The notes under the pieces: model-generated | Told to the model about the DNA's origin: nothing | Databases searched by the model: none | What the model saw: only the letters and a program-made list of their open reading frames with translations | Program-made: the position numbers and the translations under genes | In this document: piece after piece, positions 40,770 to 53,534 of the stretch | Layout of the letters: every line of letters starts with the position of its first letter | How positions within the stretch are numbered: the first letter of the stretch is position 1 | Assembly (NCBI RefSeq): GCF_018977255.1 | Contig: NW_024704742.1 | Location: 83,764,001-83,828,000 of the forward strand | DNA from: Callorhinchus milii | Lineage: Eukaryota | Direction of reading: 5' to 3' | DNA length: 64,000 nucleotides

Positions 40770-41165
40770 CAATAATAACAATACTTACATTTGGAATCGC
40801 GCCTCTCACATCGGGAGAACGCTTCAAAGCACTTCACAGGATTAACTGTAGAGTGGAGTAATTGTGTTTCCTTTTCAGTGGGCAGCCTATTTGCAGACAG
40901 CAATGTCCTACAAACAGCCATGGAGTGAGTGATTAATTTTTGTTGGCTAGGATAGTGCCATGGGATCTTTAACATTCACCTGAACAGATCGATGTAACCT
41001 TGGTTTAACATCTCACCTGAAGAATGGCATCTCCAACAAAGCAAGACACCCCCAGCACTGCATTGGAGGCTCGGCTTAGACTATGTGATTCCAAGTCCCG
41101 ATGTGGGGTTGAGCCCATAACCTTCTCACTCAGAGAGCAGAGTGCTACCAATTGAACCAGGCTGA
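40770..41165 (-). mobile_element. Deu-domain SINE variant A
   Basis: Reverse match to 36687-37100. Confidence 0.8.
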
Positions 41166-42439
41166 TCCACTGGATTGAATAAAAAAAAGCAGTTTTATTA
41201 AAATACAAAAAAACCAAGTTAGCAGCCACGCCACATAACTCCTGCTGGAAACCAAATGACAATACACTTTGTTAGACCTGTTTCAGCAGACTCCGCTCTG
41301 CATGCAGGGCAGCTATTATATTACAGAGGCTACAAGAGAACCTAGGATTAGAGTTACTCATTCTCCTCACCCATGGCCAGGGGCTACAGGCAACAAGCAG
41401 AAACCTGGAGAAAGCAGGAAAACCCTTACACTGACCTTCGGCCGATGTGTGTGTGTGTGGAAAAAAATAAGGCCAGAGGGAAGGAAGAGCAAGGGTAGCC
41501 GGAAAATAAAGAGGGACATTTTCCAACTCCTACTGCAGTTACACTAGACGGATTGTCATGCACTTTGTAAATCAAACTCTTGTCATGACAACCTCAATAA
41601 AACTGGCACCACCACCCACCCCTCCCCGTCTCCACTTCCCCGGGTCCATCACCATGGTAACTCAGGCAGGCAGAGAGTAAACGAGTTTAAATAGATCGCA
41701 GATATTATAAGCCCCTCCTTGGATGGGGTAAATATTTCCACCTGGATTTACTTTATTTATATAGCATTTCGGAGTGACCAGAAGTTGGCGGATTCTTAAA
41801 ACCAGCCTTAATTTTGAAACCAGTTTCCTGTAAGATTATTTTAAGAACAGAAAAAAGAGCTTCAGTTATGCCTGAATTCATCGGTTTGCAACAAGTCTCT
41901 GATTGCTCTGAAATGCTAAGAAAATAGAGTTAATATAGACCTAGTGGATAACTATCCCCACTTATCATCCGCTGTCAAGGCCATTTGAGAAGGAATCTTA
42001 ATTTGCGAAGCATGCCCAGGCTCAGGTTGATGTAGTACTCGCAGAGAATTAAATGGTCATAGCTTTAATACTAATAAACCCACCATTGGATATAGCACCA
42101 TATTAGGTTATCAAAACATTTCAAAATGCTTCACAGGATTTACTCTAAAATGTAGTGACTGCGTATTGTAGGTGAACATTTGCACACAGCCGTGCCCTAC
42201 AAACAGCCATGTCCCAAAACAAATGACCAATTTTATCTGGGAGATTGAGTTATATTTAATTTATGTTGGATAAGATATAGGATTTGACCATTATCTGAGG
42301 TAAAACAGTTTCTAAACCTACGTTCATCCACAAAACACACAATCATTTCACTTTACAGTATATCCTGTGAAGCACTTTGGAATATCCTTCCATTTTACTG
42401 CTACAAACAGCAGCAATGGAGTAGCCCTGATGTCTCAAA

Positions 42440-42650
42440 GCTGTAGTCCATGGACCGGGAGCTCACTGGTTTGAATGCCATTCCGTGCTCAGTTTACTGT
42501 TCTGAGCTAGGGCCCCCAGGGATGGTAAAATTGGCTCCAGGATTAGGGAGATCAAATCAGCCAGGTTTGCTGGTCCCTATCACTCTATAACATCCTCGAC
42601 TGGTAGTGCGTGTGTGTGTGACAGCCAGGTGAAGAAAGATATGTTCAGTT
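42440..42650 (+). mobile_element. Ancient SINE-like family Y copy; L2a 3' tip follows at 42715-42776
   Basis: Similar to 35370-35590 and 44440-44570. Confidence 0.55.
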
Positions 42651-43106
42651 TGTACACCCTCTGCAGTGAAGTGTCCTACCCATACTCACTGCCAAGGCTG
42701 ACACATGAATGCTCCAAGCGCTCTGAGACGCCATCCGGTATGGAGGGCGCTGTATAAATCTAAGTTGTTGTTGTTGAACAGTGGTCACTTGGTCAGTACA
42801 CAGGAGGGTAATCAGTGCCCATTGAACTATGCCCCAGTATGAAATAACGGAACCAGCAACAGGGAGGAACATGCAAGGACTGAGAAAACAAGAAAAAAAA
42901 TTGTCCACGTTAATTTTTTTTAATAAGCAGAGGTTCACCTAGGCTAACAACAACAAAAACGTTATATAGAGCCCTATACCGTGGCAGAGTCTCAGAGTGC
43001 TTAACCTCTAGCATCAAAACAGTGGAGGCTGGAGATCAACAGAAATTTAATTTGCCATCTGATTGAGCTAGGTTCACGGTTTAGGTGTAAACCTTTAGCA
43101 TATCTA

Positions 43107-43415
43107 ATAATAATAATAATCCTTGCATTTGATATAGCGCTTTTCACGTCTTCTAGACATCTCAAAGTGCTTCACAGAGCATACCGTGAAGTGAATTGAC
43201 TGTATATATATGGGTGAAACGCGGCAGCCAATTGTGCACAGCAGTGTCCCACAAACAGTCGTGGATTGAATTAATCAATTTATTATTTTTTTTGAAGGAT
43301 TATTATTAGGCATGTGGAGCAAAGAAACTTGCCCAAGGTTTCACCCTGCCTGGAATTGAACCCAGGTCTCTCGCTTGTAAGGCAAGTTCTTTAACCACTG
43401 AGCTACAGGACTCCA
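43107..43415 (-). mobile_element. SINE variant C
   Basis: Full head to tail; lacks the middle segment. Confidence 0.92.
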
Positions 43416-45289
43416 CGTACCTGATGGATTGGGGCAATGTAGTTGGTTTCGATATGGGTCAAGCTCCAACATTAACCTTTTCTCTTTCAAGTGCTGTGTA
43501 TTTTCAGTATTTGCTGTTTAGAGTTTCAGATTTCCAGCATGTACTTTTGTTTGTCCTGACCGCGGGTACCATGTCATTGTTTGGACACGTAACCTCAAGA
43601 AGGATTTTTTTTAAAAAAAAGAACTTAATTTTAGGAATTACTCCTATCCATGGTACTATTTCTCATTGATCGTTCAGTCAAACAAATGGGTCAGGTAAAC
43701 TGTACCAGAAGATGATCTTTTCACAAACTACAGTGTTTCACCATCATCTCATGGTTAGAAATAAGGAAATGCACTTTTGAGAAGCTCTTTGCCAGTGAAG
43801 TCATGCTTTTTTGCATTGAATATACATTTCCTTGTTTCCACCTGCCTGCCCAAGCATTGAGCTCAATAACATGATCTAAACCACCAAAAAAAGGCATTGC
43901 TTTTGTCTTACCCTCAATTTGGGGAAATCGACTCTTGACCCTCCTCTTTGCCAAGGTATACTGGCTTTCTCCTTACCCAACTACTCAGATTCAAAATCCT
44001 TTTTCTGTCCTTCAAATCCCTCCCCAGACTTGCCCGTCCCTACCTTTGCAAACTCCTCCGCATCTATTCTGCCCTCTATCATTATCTCTTCTGATTCTAA
44101 TCAATGGTTGCTTCCATTTTCCCCCCATCACATACCAATAGTCGAGCCTTCAACTATTGTACCTTGTCCTCTAGAACTCTCTCCCAAAATCCCTTTGCTT
44201 TGTCTTTTGCTGCCTTCAAAAACCTCTGAGGTGCCTATTTCTTTGACTGTGCTTTTGATTGTCAATAGTCAACAATCTTTTTCGACAGTCTTAAATTCTC
44301 CTTCTTCTCTTCCTTGTTCAGTGCTCACTAACGCTTCTGTAAAGTGCTTTGAGACAGTCATCAAAGAGGCTATAGAATTGTAAGCTGTTCTTATTGTACG
44401 ATCTCTTAAAGGACTGCATCGGTACATTGTACAGTACTGTAATTCGCTTCAGGGCCCCCAGAATGGGGAGTTGAGAAAGTCAGTCAGGTTTCTGGCTTGT
44501 TGCTTATATCCAGTGATAGCTGCCCCACCCCCATTCTTGGAAAGTGCACGTGTCTGGCCAGTGGATTAGCTTGCAGGGACTCATAATAATCCTTGCATTT
44601 GACATAACACCTCATCACGTCATTCAGATGTCTCAAAGCGCTTCACAGAATATATTGTAAAGTGGACTGACTGTGCATTTTGTGGCCGAAACAAAAACAA
44701 TACAGGCAAACACATGAAGAATGGGCACTGGAGCGAGCTACAGAAGAACTGACTGCTGTTGCCTGTGGAAACATACCACATTGTGAATCAGCATCTTCGG
44801 GAAATGGAGGGGAGAACACTGGTTTCAAAAAAACACAGTGCTTCCTTGCGCTGTATAATTCATGTATATAAAATTGTAAATGAACTTAAGACTGCACCGG
44901 AAACAGTAAAGTTGTTTGCACTTCAAAATGCACAAACGTCCCAGGTGCTTGTGGTTGTGAGTTAGTAGTTGCACATAATGAGTTGATAAAATGGTGGGTG
45001 GGATTTCCCCTGCTGACAATGATTGAGAGGAAAATTCCAGCCGTTAACATGGATGTCATGCATTGGGGTGGTGTGGGGGTACGTGGAGGGGGTCTTCATT
45101 CCTTTCCATCAGTCACAGGGCTGACATTCCTCTTCTTCTGCTCCTTGCCTATCACTGTAGCCCTGTGAAAAAAACATATCTGCATCCAGTACAAAACATG
45201 GAATGGAGTGATCCTAAAGCACGGAACAGAACTAGATACCAAGACCATAGGGCGCAGGCAGTTCCTGACAGAAAGGGAAGAAAAACTGG

Positions 45290-45705
45290 AGGGCGAGTTA
45301 CCCCCATCTGCACTGCTGTAATTTCTACCAGTCCAGACCAGTCACTGGGAGCAGGGATTTTTCCCACTTGGAGTCTGCTACCCTAAGAGCCAAAATGGGT
45401 AGGGTGGTCCTAGCCAGACAAGCAGCAGGAAGCTTACCAGACCATCCTCTCAGCAGCAAGCTATGCTGTTTTAGCTAGTGAAACTCCAACAGTACCTCAA
45501 CAACCACTCTGGGGTCCCCAAATCTTGTCTCTTGCCAACCCGTGTCTGATACTCTCTGGGATTAGGTAAGCAGGGTGTGTTGCTCCTGGGAGAGTGCACA
45601 GTTCATTCGAGACCCCGGGAAATTCCCATGTGTGGATGTCACAAATATGGCTGGTTTGGATACTCTTAAACATTCGGATTTGTTCCCGCATGTGTCAGAC
45701 CTCAA
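45290..45705 (-). repeat. Unclassified ancient repeat family X, copy 4
   Basis: Collinear with 4650-5060. Confidence 0.75.
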
Positions 45706-46009
45706 CAAACTTCTACCAACTGATTATAGAGCAGCTTTGGAAGAGGCTTTGGGGTAGATACCTGCCTGGCTTCTCTATGGCACATGGCATCGGAACCCAA
45801 AAAGGAGAACTGAAGTGGCTCACCAAAAAATAGTGGTCAAAATTGTGGTGTTGTCAACCACATTCCTACATTTAGGAACAGAATGTGTTTAAGAATACTA
45901 CAATATTGACCTAGTTTAGAACACTGGTGGCCAACCTATGGTCCACGGGCCAGACGTGGCATGTCAAGCAGCGACACCCAACCCCACTAGTCTAGGTAAT
46001 AAAATACAA

Positions 46010-46227
46010 TACTACATTTGTTCAGCACCTTTCACATTGGGAGGATATCCCAAGGCGCTGGAAAGTCAGGGATTTGGACCCGAGCTGAGTGTCGGGATCA
46101 GGGCATTTGGAGGCCAGGGAGGATAGGAAGGCAGTCGAAAAGAAAGGTTTTGAGATGTGCCTTGAAGGAAGCAAGGGAGGGAACGAGGTGAAGGGAATGT
46201 GGGATGGAGTTCCATAGGGTGGGGGTA
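46010..46227 (-). mobile_element. L2b-type 3' end abutting the CR1 3' UTR
   Basis: Matches the reverse complement of 54440-54660. Confidence 0.8.
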
Positions 46228-46641
46228 GAAAAGAGCAATCAAACTCAATCCCACTGGCCCGCTTTCTCTCCATAGCCCTGCAATCCCGTCCTCCCCAAAT
46301 ACCCATCTACTTCACTCTTAAAAGTTGTTACTGAACCGGCTTCCACTACCCTTTCAGATAATGCATTCCTGATCCGAACAACTCGCTGGGTGAAAAAAAA
46401 CCTAACCGCCCCTCTGTTTTTTTTAACAACTGTCTTAAATCACATGCCAGTAGAAACAGTTTTTCCCAGTTCAACCTATCAAATCCTCTCATGTTCTTGG
46501 AAACCTCTATTACATCCCCTCTTAATTTTCTCTGCTCTAGGGAGAGAAATCCTAGTTTTGCTAACCTCTCCATAACAAGGTCCTTCATTCCTGGTACCAT
46601 CCTGGTAAACCTCCTTTGCACCCTCTCCAATGCCCTAACAT

Positions 46642-47320
46642 CTACAACAACAACAACAAAATTACATTTATAGAGTGCCTTTCACGTTGGAAGGACGTCC
46701 CAAAGCACTGAACAATCAGGTGTCGGGGCCCGAGCATGGGGGAGGGGTGGTGTAGGGGTGAGGGAAGGCAGAGAGGTGGGAGGGAGACCAAAGGCACGGT
46801 CGAAGAGAAGGGCCTTGAGACCGGCCTTGAAGGAGGCAAGGGAGGAAGTGAGGCAAAGGGACCGTGGGATGGAGTTCCAGATTGTGGGGGCAGAGAGGCT
46901 GAAAGCCCAGCCACCAATGGTAGGGCGGGTCGGGTCGGAGACATGGAGCAGGCCAGAGCCTGATGAACGGAGGGAGCGGGCAGGTTGGTAGGGAGTCAGC
47001 AGGTCAGAGAGGTAGGAGGGGGAAAGGCCATGTATGGCCTTAAAGATGAGGACGAGGATCTTGTACTCAATCCTCTGGGGGATGGGGAGCCAGTGGAGTC
47101 GGGTGAGGATGGGAGTGATGGGATCACGGAGCCTGGTGCGCGAGAGTACACAAGCTGCAGAGTTTTGGATGATCTGCAGCTTGTGAAGGGAAGAGTTGGG
47201 AAGGCGAATGAGGAGGGACTTCCCGTAATCGAGCCTTGATGTGGCAAATGCGTGGGTGAGGGTTTCGGCAGCCTGAGGGGTGAGGCAGTGGCGGAGTCTA
47301 GCAATGTTGCGGAGGTGGTG
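46642..47320 (-). mobile_element. L2b 3' fragment inserted in CR1 ORF2
   Basis: (TTG)n tail; tagat duplicated at both junctions; CR1 reads FWAPQFRID | DVRALERVQRRF across it. Confidence 0.92.
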
Positions 47321-47616
47321 ATATCTATCCTAAATTGTGGTGCCCAGAACTGAACGCAGTACTCCAACTGAGGCCTAACCAGCATTTTATAAATATTCAA
47401 CATAACCTCCTGACTTTTGAATTCTATGCTCCTATGTATGAAACCTAATATCCCGTATGCTTTTTTAACAGCTTTATCTACCTGTCCTGCCAACTTCAGA
47501 GATTTTCTTATGTGGACCCCCAGGAGGGGAGGGGAGTGGAGGGATTTGAAGACAGGATTTGAAGTCGATCCTCTCTGGGACAGACAGCCAGTGCAGTCTG
47601 GCAAGGACTGGGGTAA

Positions 47617-48914
47617 TTCGATACGGTCGACCACGCTATCCTACTCCACCGCTTGTCCTCCCACCTCAACCTTCAAGGCACTGTCCTTGAGTGGTTTAGG
47701 TCGTACCTTTCTCACCGTCTTCACTTTGTCTCAACGAATGGCTTCTCCTCCACCCCCCGTACTGTCTCATGTGGTGTCCCTCAGGGCTCTGTCCTCGGTC
47801 CCCTCCTCTTCACCCTCTATATGCTCCCCATCGGTGACATGATCCGCAGACATGGAGTTAACTTCCACATGTATGCGGATGACACCCAACTCTACCTTTC
47901 CTCCTCTACTCTCAACTCCACGACCACCGATGTCCTGACAGCTGCCTGTCCGACATCGAGTCCTGGACGAGAGACAACTTTCTTCAGCTCAACGTGCGAA
48001 AAACCGAGGCCCTCCTCATTGGCTCACGTCAGCGCCTCCGCACCTCAGGCGCTGACACCATCAGCATCCAAGGCTGCACTCTCCACCTCTCAAAGCCAGT
48101 CAGGAACCTCGGCGTTTTGTTCGACCCTGAGCTGTCCTTTCTCCCTCACATCCGCACTACAACTGGCACCGTCTTCCATCACCTCCGGAATATCACCAGA
48201 TTACGGCACTACCTCACCCCTCACGCTGCTGAAACTCTGGTCCACGCCTTTGTCACCTCAAGGCTGGACTATGGGAACTCTCTCCTCGCCGGCCTTCCCG
48301 CCACCTCCCTCCACAAGCTGCAGGTCATTCAGAACTCTGCAGCTCGTGTACTGTCCCGCACCAGGCTTCGGGACCACATCACTCCCACCCTCGCTCGCCT
48401 CCACTGGCTCCCCATCCCCAGAGGATTGATTTCAAGATCCTCATCCTCACCTACAAGGCCATTCACGGCCTTGCTCCCTCCTACCTCTCCAACCTACTAT
48501 CCCCCTACCTACCTGCCCGTACCCTCCGTTCCTCTGGCTCTGGTCTGCTCCACGTCCCCCGCCCCAACCGCCCTACCATCGGTGGTCGGGCCTTCAGCCT
48601 CTCAGCCCCCAGGCTCTGGAACTCCATCCCCCAGTGCCTTCGCCTTGCTTCCTCCCTTTCCTCCTTCAAGGCCGGTCTCAAAACCTTTCTCTTTGACCGT
48701 GCCTTCAGCTCCCCTCTCGACTCTCTTCCCCCTCCTCGCTCCCTCCCTTCCCTCCCCTCACCCTGACCATTTCCCCCCTCCTTGCTCCCTCCCTTCCCTC
48801 ACCCTGACCATTTCCCCCCTGCTCGGGTCATGACCCAACTGTGCAGCGCCTTGGGACGTCCTCCTGACGTGAAAGGCGCTCTATAAATGGAATCTTGTTG
48901 TTGTTGTTGTTGTT
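47617..48914 (+). mobile_element. L2b 5'-truncated copy inserted in an L2a fragment (47530-47617 and 48915-49180, minus strand)
   Basis: [29 protein letters not shown]; (TTG)n tail; gtaat at both junctions. Confidence 0.95.
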
Positions 48915-49180
48915 GTAATCGGGGAGCGAAGTTTGGTGCGAGTGAGAATGGGGGCGGTAGAGTTTTGAATAATCTGGATTTTATGGATCATAGTGGAGGG
49001 GAGGCCGGCAAGGAGGGCGTTTGAATAGTCCAGCCGAGAGGTGATAAAGGCATGGACCAGGGTTTCAGCGGCTGTTGGAGAGAGATATTGGCGGAGACGG
49101 ATGATGCGTCGGAGGTGGAAGAAAGTGGTGCTGGTGAGGACTGGATGTGTGGGAGGAAGGATAATTGGAGGTCGAACCTA

Positions 49181-51345
49181 GATTAGTATCATCTGCAAAT
49201 TTGGAAATTGTGCTCCCTATATTCAGGCCCAGATCATTAATATAGATCAGAAAGAGCAGTGGTCCCAATACCGACTCCTGAGGGACACCGCCACACCTCC
49301 CTCCAGTCAGAAAAGCAACTGTTTACTATCATTCTCTGCTTCCTGTCTCCTAGCCAGTTCTGGATCCATGTTGCCATTGTCTCTTTAGTACCGTGGGCTA
49401 CTATTTTGTTTATAAGTCCGGGTTGACTGTCCTTTATTAAACATATTTTTCTAAGAGAATTTATATTGTCCCGGATTACAGTATCTAGAAGTTTCCCTAC
49501 TACTGATGTTAGGCTGATTGGCCTGTAGTTCTCAGGTTTATACTTCTGACCCTTTTTGTACAGGGGAGTAACATTTGCAACCTTCCAGTCCTCTGGCACC
49601 ACTCCAGTGTCCAAAGAGGATTGAAAGATTGTGGCCAGAGCCTCCGCTATTTCCACCCTTGCTTCCCTTAGTAACCTAGGATGCATCCCAGGTGACTTAT
49701 CTATGTTGAGCACCGACAGCTTTTTTAGTACCTCCTCTCCGTTGATTTTTATCATATCGAATTTCTGTTCACACGCCTGCGATATTGTGGCATTGGTTGC
49801 ATCGTCTTTTGTGAAGACATTTGCAAAGTACTTATTTAGTACGTCAGCCATGCACTCTGCCTCAACAAGAAGATTTCCACTCAGGTCCCTAATTGGACCC
49901 ACCCTACCTTTGACTAATCTTTTACTCTTGATATATAATAATAATAATAATAATAATCCTTGCATTTGATATAGCGCTTTTCACGTCGGGAGGACGTCCC
50001 AAAGCGCTTCACAGAATATACTGTAAAGTGAATTTGACTGTATATTTGTGGGCGAACGCGGCAGCCAATTGCGCACAGCAATGTCCCACAAACAGTCGTA
50101 GATTGAAAATGACCAATTTATTATTGTTTTTGGGTTTTTTGGAGGGATTATTATTAGGCGTGTGGAGTAAGGAAACTTGCCCAAGGTTTCGCCCTGCCTG
50201 GAATTGAACCCAGGTGTCTTGCTTGCAAAGCAAGTGCTCTAACCACTGAGCTACAGGACTCCACTTATAAAAGTGGATATGCTTATAAAATACCTTAGAT
50301 TTTTTATGTTTCCTGCTAATCTTTTCTCGTACAATCACTTTGCCCCTCTTATTTCCCTTTTCACTTCTCCTCTGTACTTCCTATATTCTGTTTGATTATC
50401 CTGTGTGTTTTGGACCTGACACTTGTCATAAGCCTCCTTTTTCTGTTTTATTTTAATCCCAATTTCCTTAGTCATCCAGGAAGGTTTGACTGTCCTACCT
50501 TTCCCCTTTGTGGGAATGTATTTGCTCTGTCCCCGAACTATCTCTTCCTTGAAGGCTTCCCATTGTTCGTTTGCTGTCTTACCTGCCAATCTTTCTTTCC
50601 AATCTATCTTGGCTGGGTCCCTTTTTAGCTCACTGAAATTAGCCCTCTTCCAGTTGAGGGTCTTTACCTTCGATTGATTGTTGTCCTTTTCCATAACTAT
50701 TCTAAACCTAATGATGTTGTGATCACTGTTGTCCAGATGCTCTCCTACTGAAACCTGTTCCACTTGCCCCACTTAATTTCCCAGAACTAAATCCAGCACT
50801 GCTTCCTTCCTCGTTGGGCTGGAAACATGCTGATCCAGAAAGTTTTCCTGCACACATTTCAGGAATTCCTCCCCCTCCTTGCCCTTTACACTGTGTGTTT
50901 TCCAGTCTATGTTAGGATAATTGAAGTCTCCCATTACCACTATTGTATTGGTTTTGCATCCCTCCGAAATCTGCTTGCAGATTTGCTCGTCTATCTCCTT
51001 CCCACTATTTGGAGGTCTAGTAAATACCTAACAGAGTAACAGCTCCTTTTCTGCTCCTTAACTCTAACCAAATAGATTTAGTTTTTGGACCCTCTAACAC
51101 ATCGTCCTTTTTCAGGACCGTGACCGTGTCCCTAATGAGTATTGCCACCGCTCCTCCTTTTTTCCCTTCCCTATCCCTCTTGAATAGGTTGTAGCCAGGA
51201 ATATTCAGCTCCCATTCCTGTCCTTGCTTGAGCCAAGTCTCCGTAACTGCCACTACATCAAAGCCCCATGTGACAACTTGAGCCGCAGCTCACCAAGCTT
51301 TTTGGTCGTGCTCTGTGTATTTACATACATGCACTCCAAGACCAG
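49181..51345 (-). pseudogene. CR1 ORF2: APE endonuclease and reverse transcriptase, disrupted
   Basis: MAVTETWL, RDREGKKGGAVA, SDHNII, VPEDWKVANVTPLYKKG, NYRPISLTSVVGKLL, GPLLFLIYINDL, FADDT. Confidence 0.93.
49937..50263 (-). mobile_element. Young SINE variant C inserted in CR1 ORF2
   Basis: Splits KVFYKHI | KSKRLVKGRVGP; nearly identical to 61637-61956. Confidence 0.96.
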
Positions 51346-51479
51346 CTTAATACGCTCTACATTTCTCCCCGGTTTCTTTCCACTTTTTGCTGGACTATTC
51401 CTTGTTTCATTTCTGTTTGTCTCTCCTTGTCCATTATGTAACTTGTTTCCCCTCCCTGATGCTACATTCTGATCCCCAT

Positions 51480-52440
51480 CCCCCCTCAAAATCAGTTTAA
51501 ACGCTTCCCCACAGCAGTTGTTATCCTTGTTGCAATGACATTGGTCCCAGGCCTGCTCAGGTGTAACCCATACCTCGTCTACAGGTCCCATCTGCCCCGG
51601 AAGTGGTCCCAGTGGTTTAGAAACCTGAAGCCCTCCTTCCTGCACCATTTCTCCAGCGAGGCATTTGTGTGTTTGATCCTCCCGGTTTGGTATTCACTTG
51701 CAAAAGGCATTGGGAGTAATCCCGAAATCACTACCATTGAGGTCCTCCTCTTTAGCTTCTTCCCAAGCTCCTGATATTCTCCATGTAGGGTCTCAGCCCT
51801 TTTATCACCTGCATTATGGATCCTGACATGGACGACAACCCCCAGATTTTCCCCTTCTCCCATAGTATATTTTGCATACGTTCCGTGACGTCATGCACCC
51901 TGGGCCCAGGGAGGCAGCATACAGGCGCGAGTCCCGTCTTTTATGGCAGAAACGCCTGTCTATCCGTTTAACTGTTGTATCCCCGATAACAACAGCATTG
52001 GTGTTTTTCCCCTTGTGCCCCTGAACATCCATTACCTTTTGACTCTTCTTGCCAGAGGCGTTCTCACCGGTATTCAATACCGAGAACCTGTTTGTGAATG
52101 CCACACTCTTAGGGGATTTCTGTACTGCCTGTTCTTTTTTTGCTCCATGTCGGATGGTCACCCTTCTTCTGAGCCCTCCATGTAGCTGGGGTGACCACCT
52201 CCTGAACTCTCTGTGGCTGTGGGGTGACCATCTCCTGAACTTTCTGTGGCTGTGGGGTGACCACCTCCTGAAAAGTTCGATCCTCTCCTCAAGCTCAGAG
52301 ACCCTGAGCTCAAACTCAAGCAGCCGGAAGCACTTCCTACACAGGTGTTTATCCAAAACACATAAACCATCCTGGAGTTCCCACATGGCACACAGTGTGC
52401 ATGGAATGGGTCTCAGCTGCCCTGCCAGGCTTTCACACAT
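51480..52440 (-). pseudogene. CR1 ORF1: zinc finger/coiled coil plus SGNH esterase, frameshifted
   Basis: CTLCAMWE..CRKC, ELRVSELEE, AVVIGDT, VVVHV, VVISGLLP, LEKWCRKEGFRFLNHW. Confidence 0.9.
52187..52272. repeat. 33-bp tandem repeat, about 2.6 copies, within CR1 ORF1
   Basis: Unit ggggtgaccacctcctgaactctctgtggctgt. Confidence 0.92.
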
Positions 52441-53084
52441 GTTTTGTAATATATCTCAACAGTTCCGGGGTAAATAGGTAAAAACAAGTAATTTCACACC
52501 TTTTATTCCCTTTCTCACATTCCTTATATACTAAATACCTACTCAACACCTACCGCCACAGGAATGTGACCTTTTGTGCAGTCTCTTGGGGTTTGGTTTC
52601 TCCTTTACAAGTTCTCACCTGCACCGAATTCCCACTCTCACCTAATTCCCAAACAGAATTCTCACTCTGTTCCTCCTCACTCTGTTCCCTCCTCACCCTC
52701 CTGGGCTCTCTGCTCAGCATAAATCAGGAAATATACAGTCAGGAACATTTATTGTTGATCAAAAAGGTGTGCCACCACTGGTATAGAAGTATCGATGTGT
52801 CATGTTCTGTGCTATTGTTTATGTTGTAGGGAAGCAGTAGGAGCACCAGAGGATCTTTATAGCTGGGATTCCAATCTAAGGAACATAAAATGGTTAATAT
52901 TTGTCGCTATTCAGCTGCAGTGAGGGCGAGACTCCTCAGGATCCCAACAACAATGGTTTCTTACAGGATAATGTCACAGAGCACTGGAACCGGCAGATAA
53001 GTGACAAAAAATAAGGAAATCCTTAGAAAAAGAAATAATAATAATAATAATATAATTGTTGGATTTTATATACAATACAAACTA

Positions 53085-53380
53085 CAATACAATACAAATT
53101 ACATTTGTATAGCATCTTTCACACTGTGAGAACATCCCAAGGCGCCTTTTCACATCTTCTAGATGTCTCAAAGCGCTTCACATAATATACTTTAAAGTGA
53201 ATTGACTGTATGTTCTGTGGGTGAAATGCTGCAGCCAATTGCGCACAGCAGTGTCCTACGAACAGCCGTGGATTGATTGATCAAACCATTTTTTTTTAAT
53301 TTGGAGAGATTATTACCTGGAAAAGTGATCTGCCAATCAACTAACAACCAGGTTCCTACTTACTGCTAGGTAAACAGAGC
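53085..53380 (-). mobile_element. 5'-truncated SINE B joined to an L2b-type tail
   Basis: Two tandem 3' hairpins at 53100-53180. Confidence 0.75.
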
Positions 53381-53534
53381 CAAATGTCACGGAGCTTGGT
53401 ATTTTATACCCAATGCTTCTGTGATTAGAATCGGGGCTTCTCGAGTCGGGAAAACAAAACCAGTATCACGTTTATATTAACAAATTTAAAATACGCACTT
53501 CTCGAAATAACTTTAAAATATTTAATTTTAAATA

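Larger units (their letters stand above)
46228..52716 (-). mobile_element. Near-full-length dead CR1 LINE, split by nested insertions
   Basis: 5' UTR about 52716-52441; ORF1 about 52440-51480; ORF2 in pieces at 51345-50264, 49936-49181, 47525-47322 and 46641-46330; 3' UTR to about 46228. Confidence 0.92.

Noticed and set aside
45913..45997. Possible Charlie-type hAT mini-remnant (cactggtggccaacctatgg; gtttagaa/gtctaggt flanks)
   Set aside because: Too short and degenerate to support by eye.
52187..52272. CRISPR-like direct repeats
   Set aside because: Contiguous tandem units with no unique spacers, in a eukaryotic LINE with no cas genes.
52914..53013. Protein-like frame CSEGETPQDPNNNGFLQDNVTEHWNRQ
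   Set aside because: Weak acceptor, short, and unrecognised.
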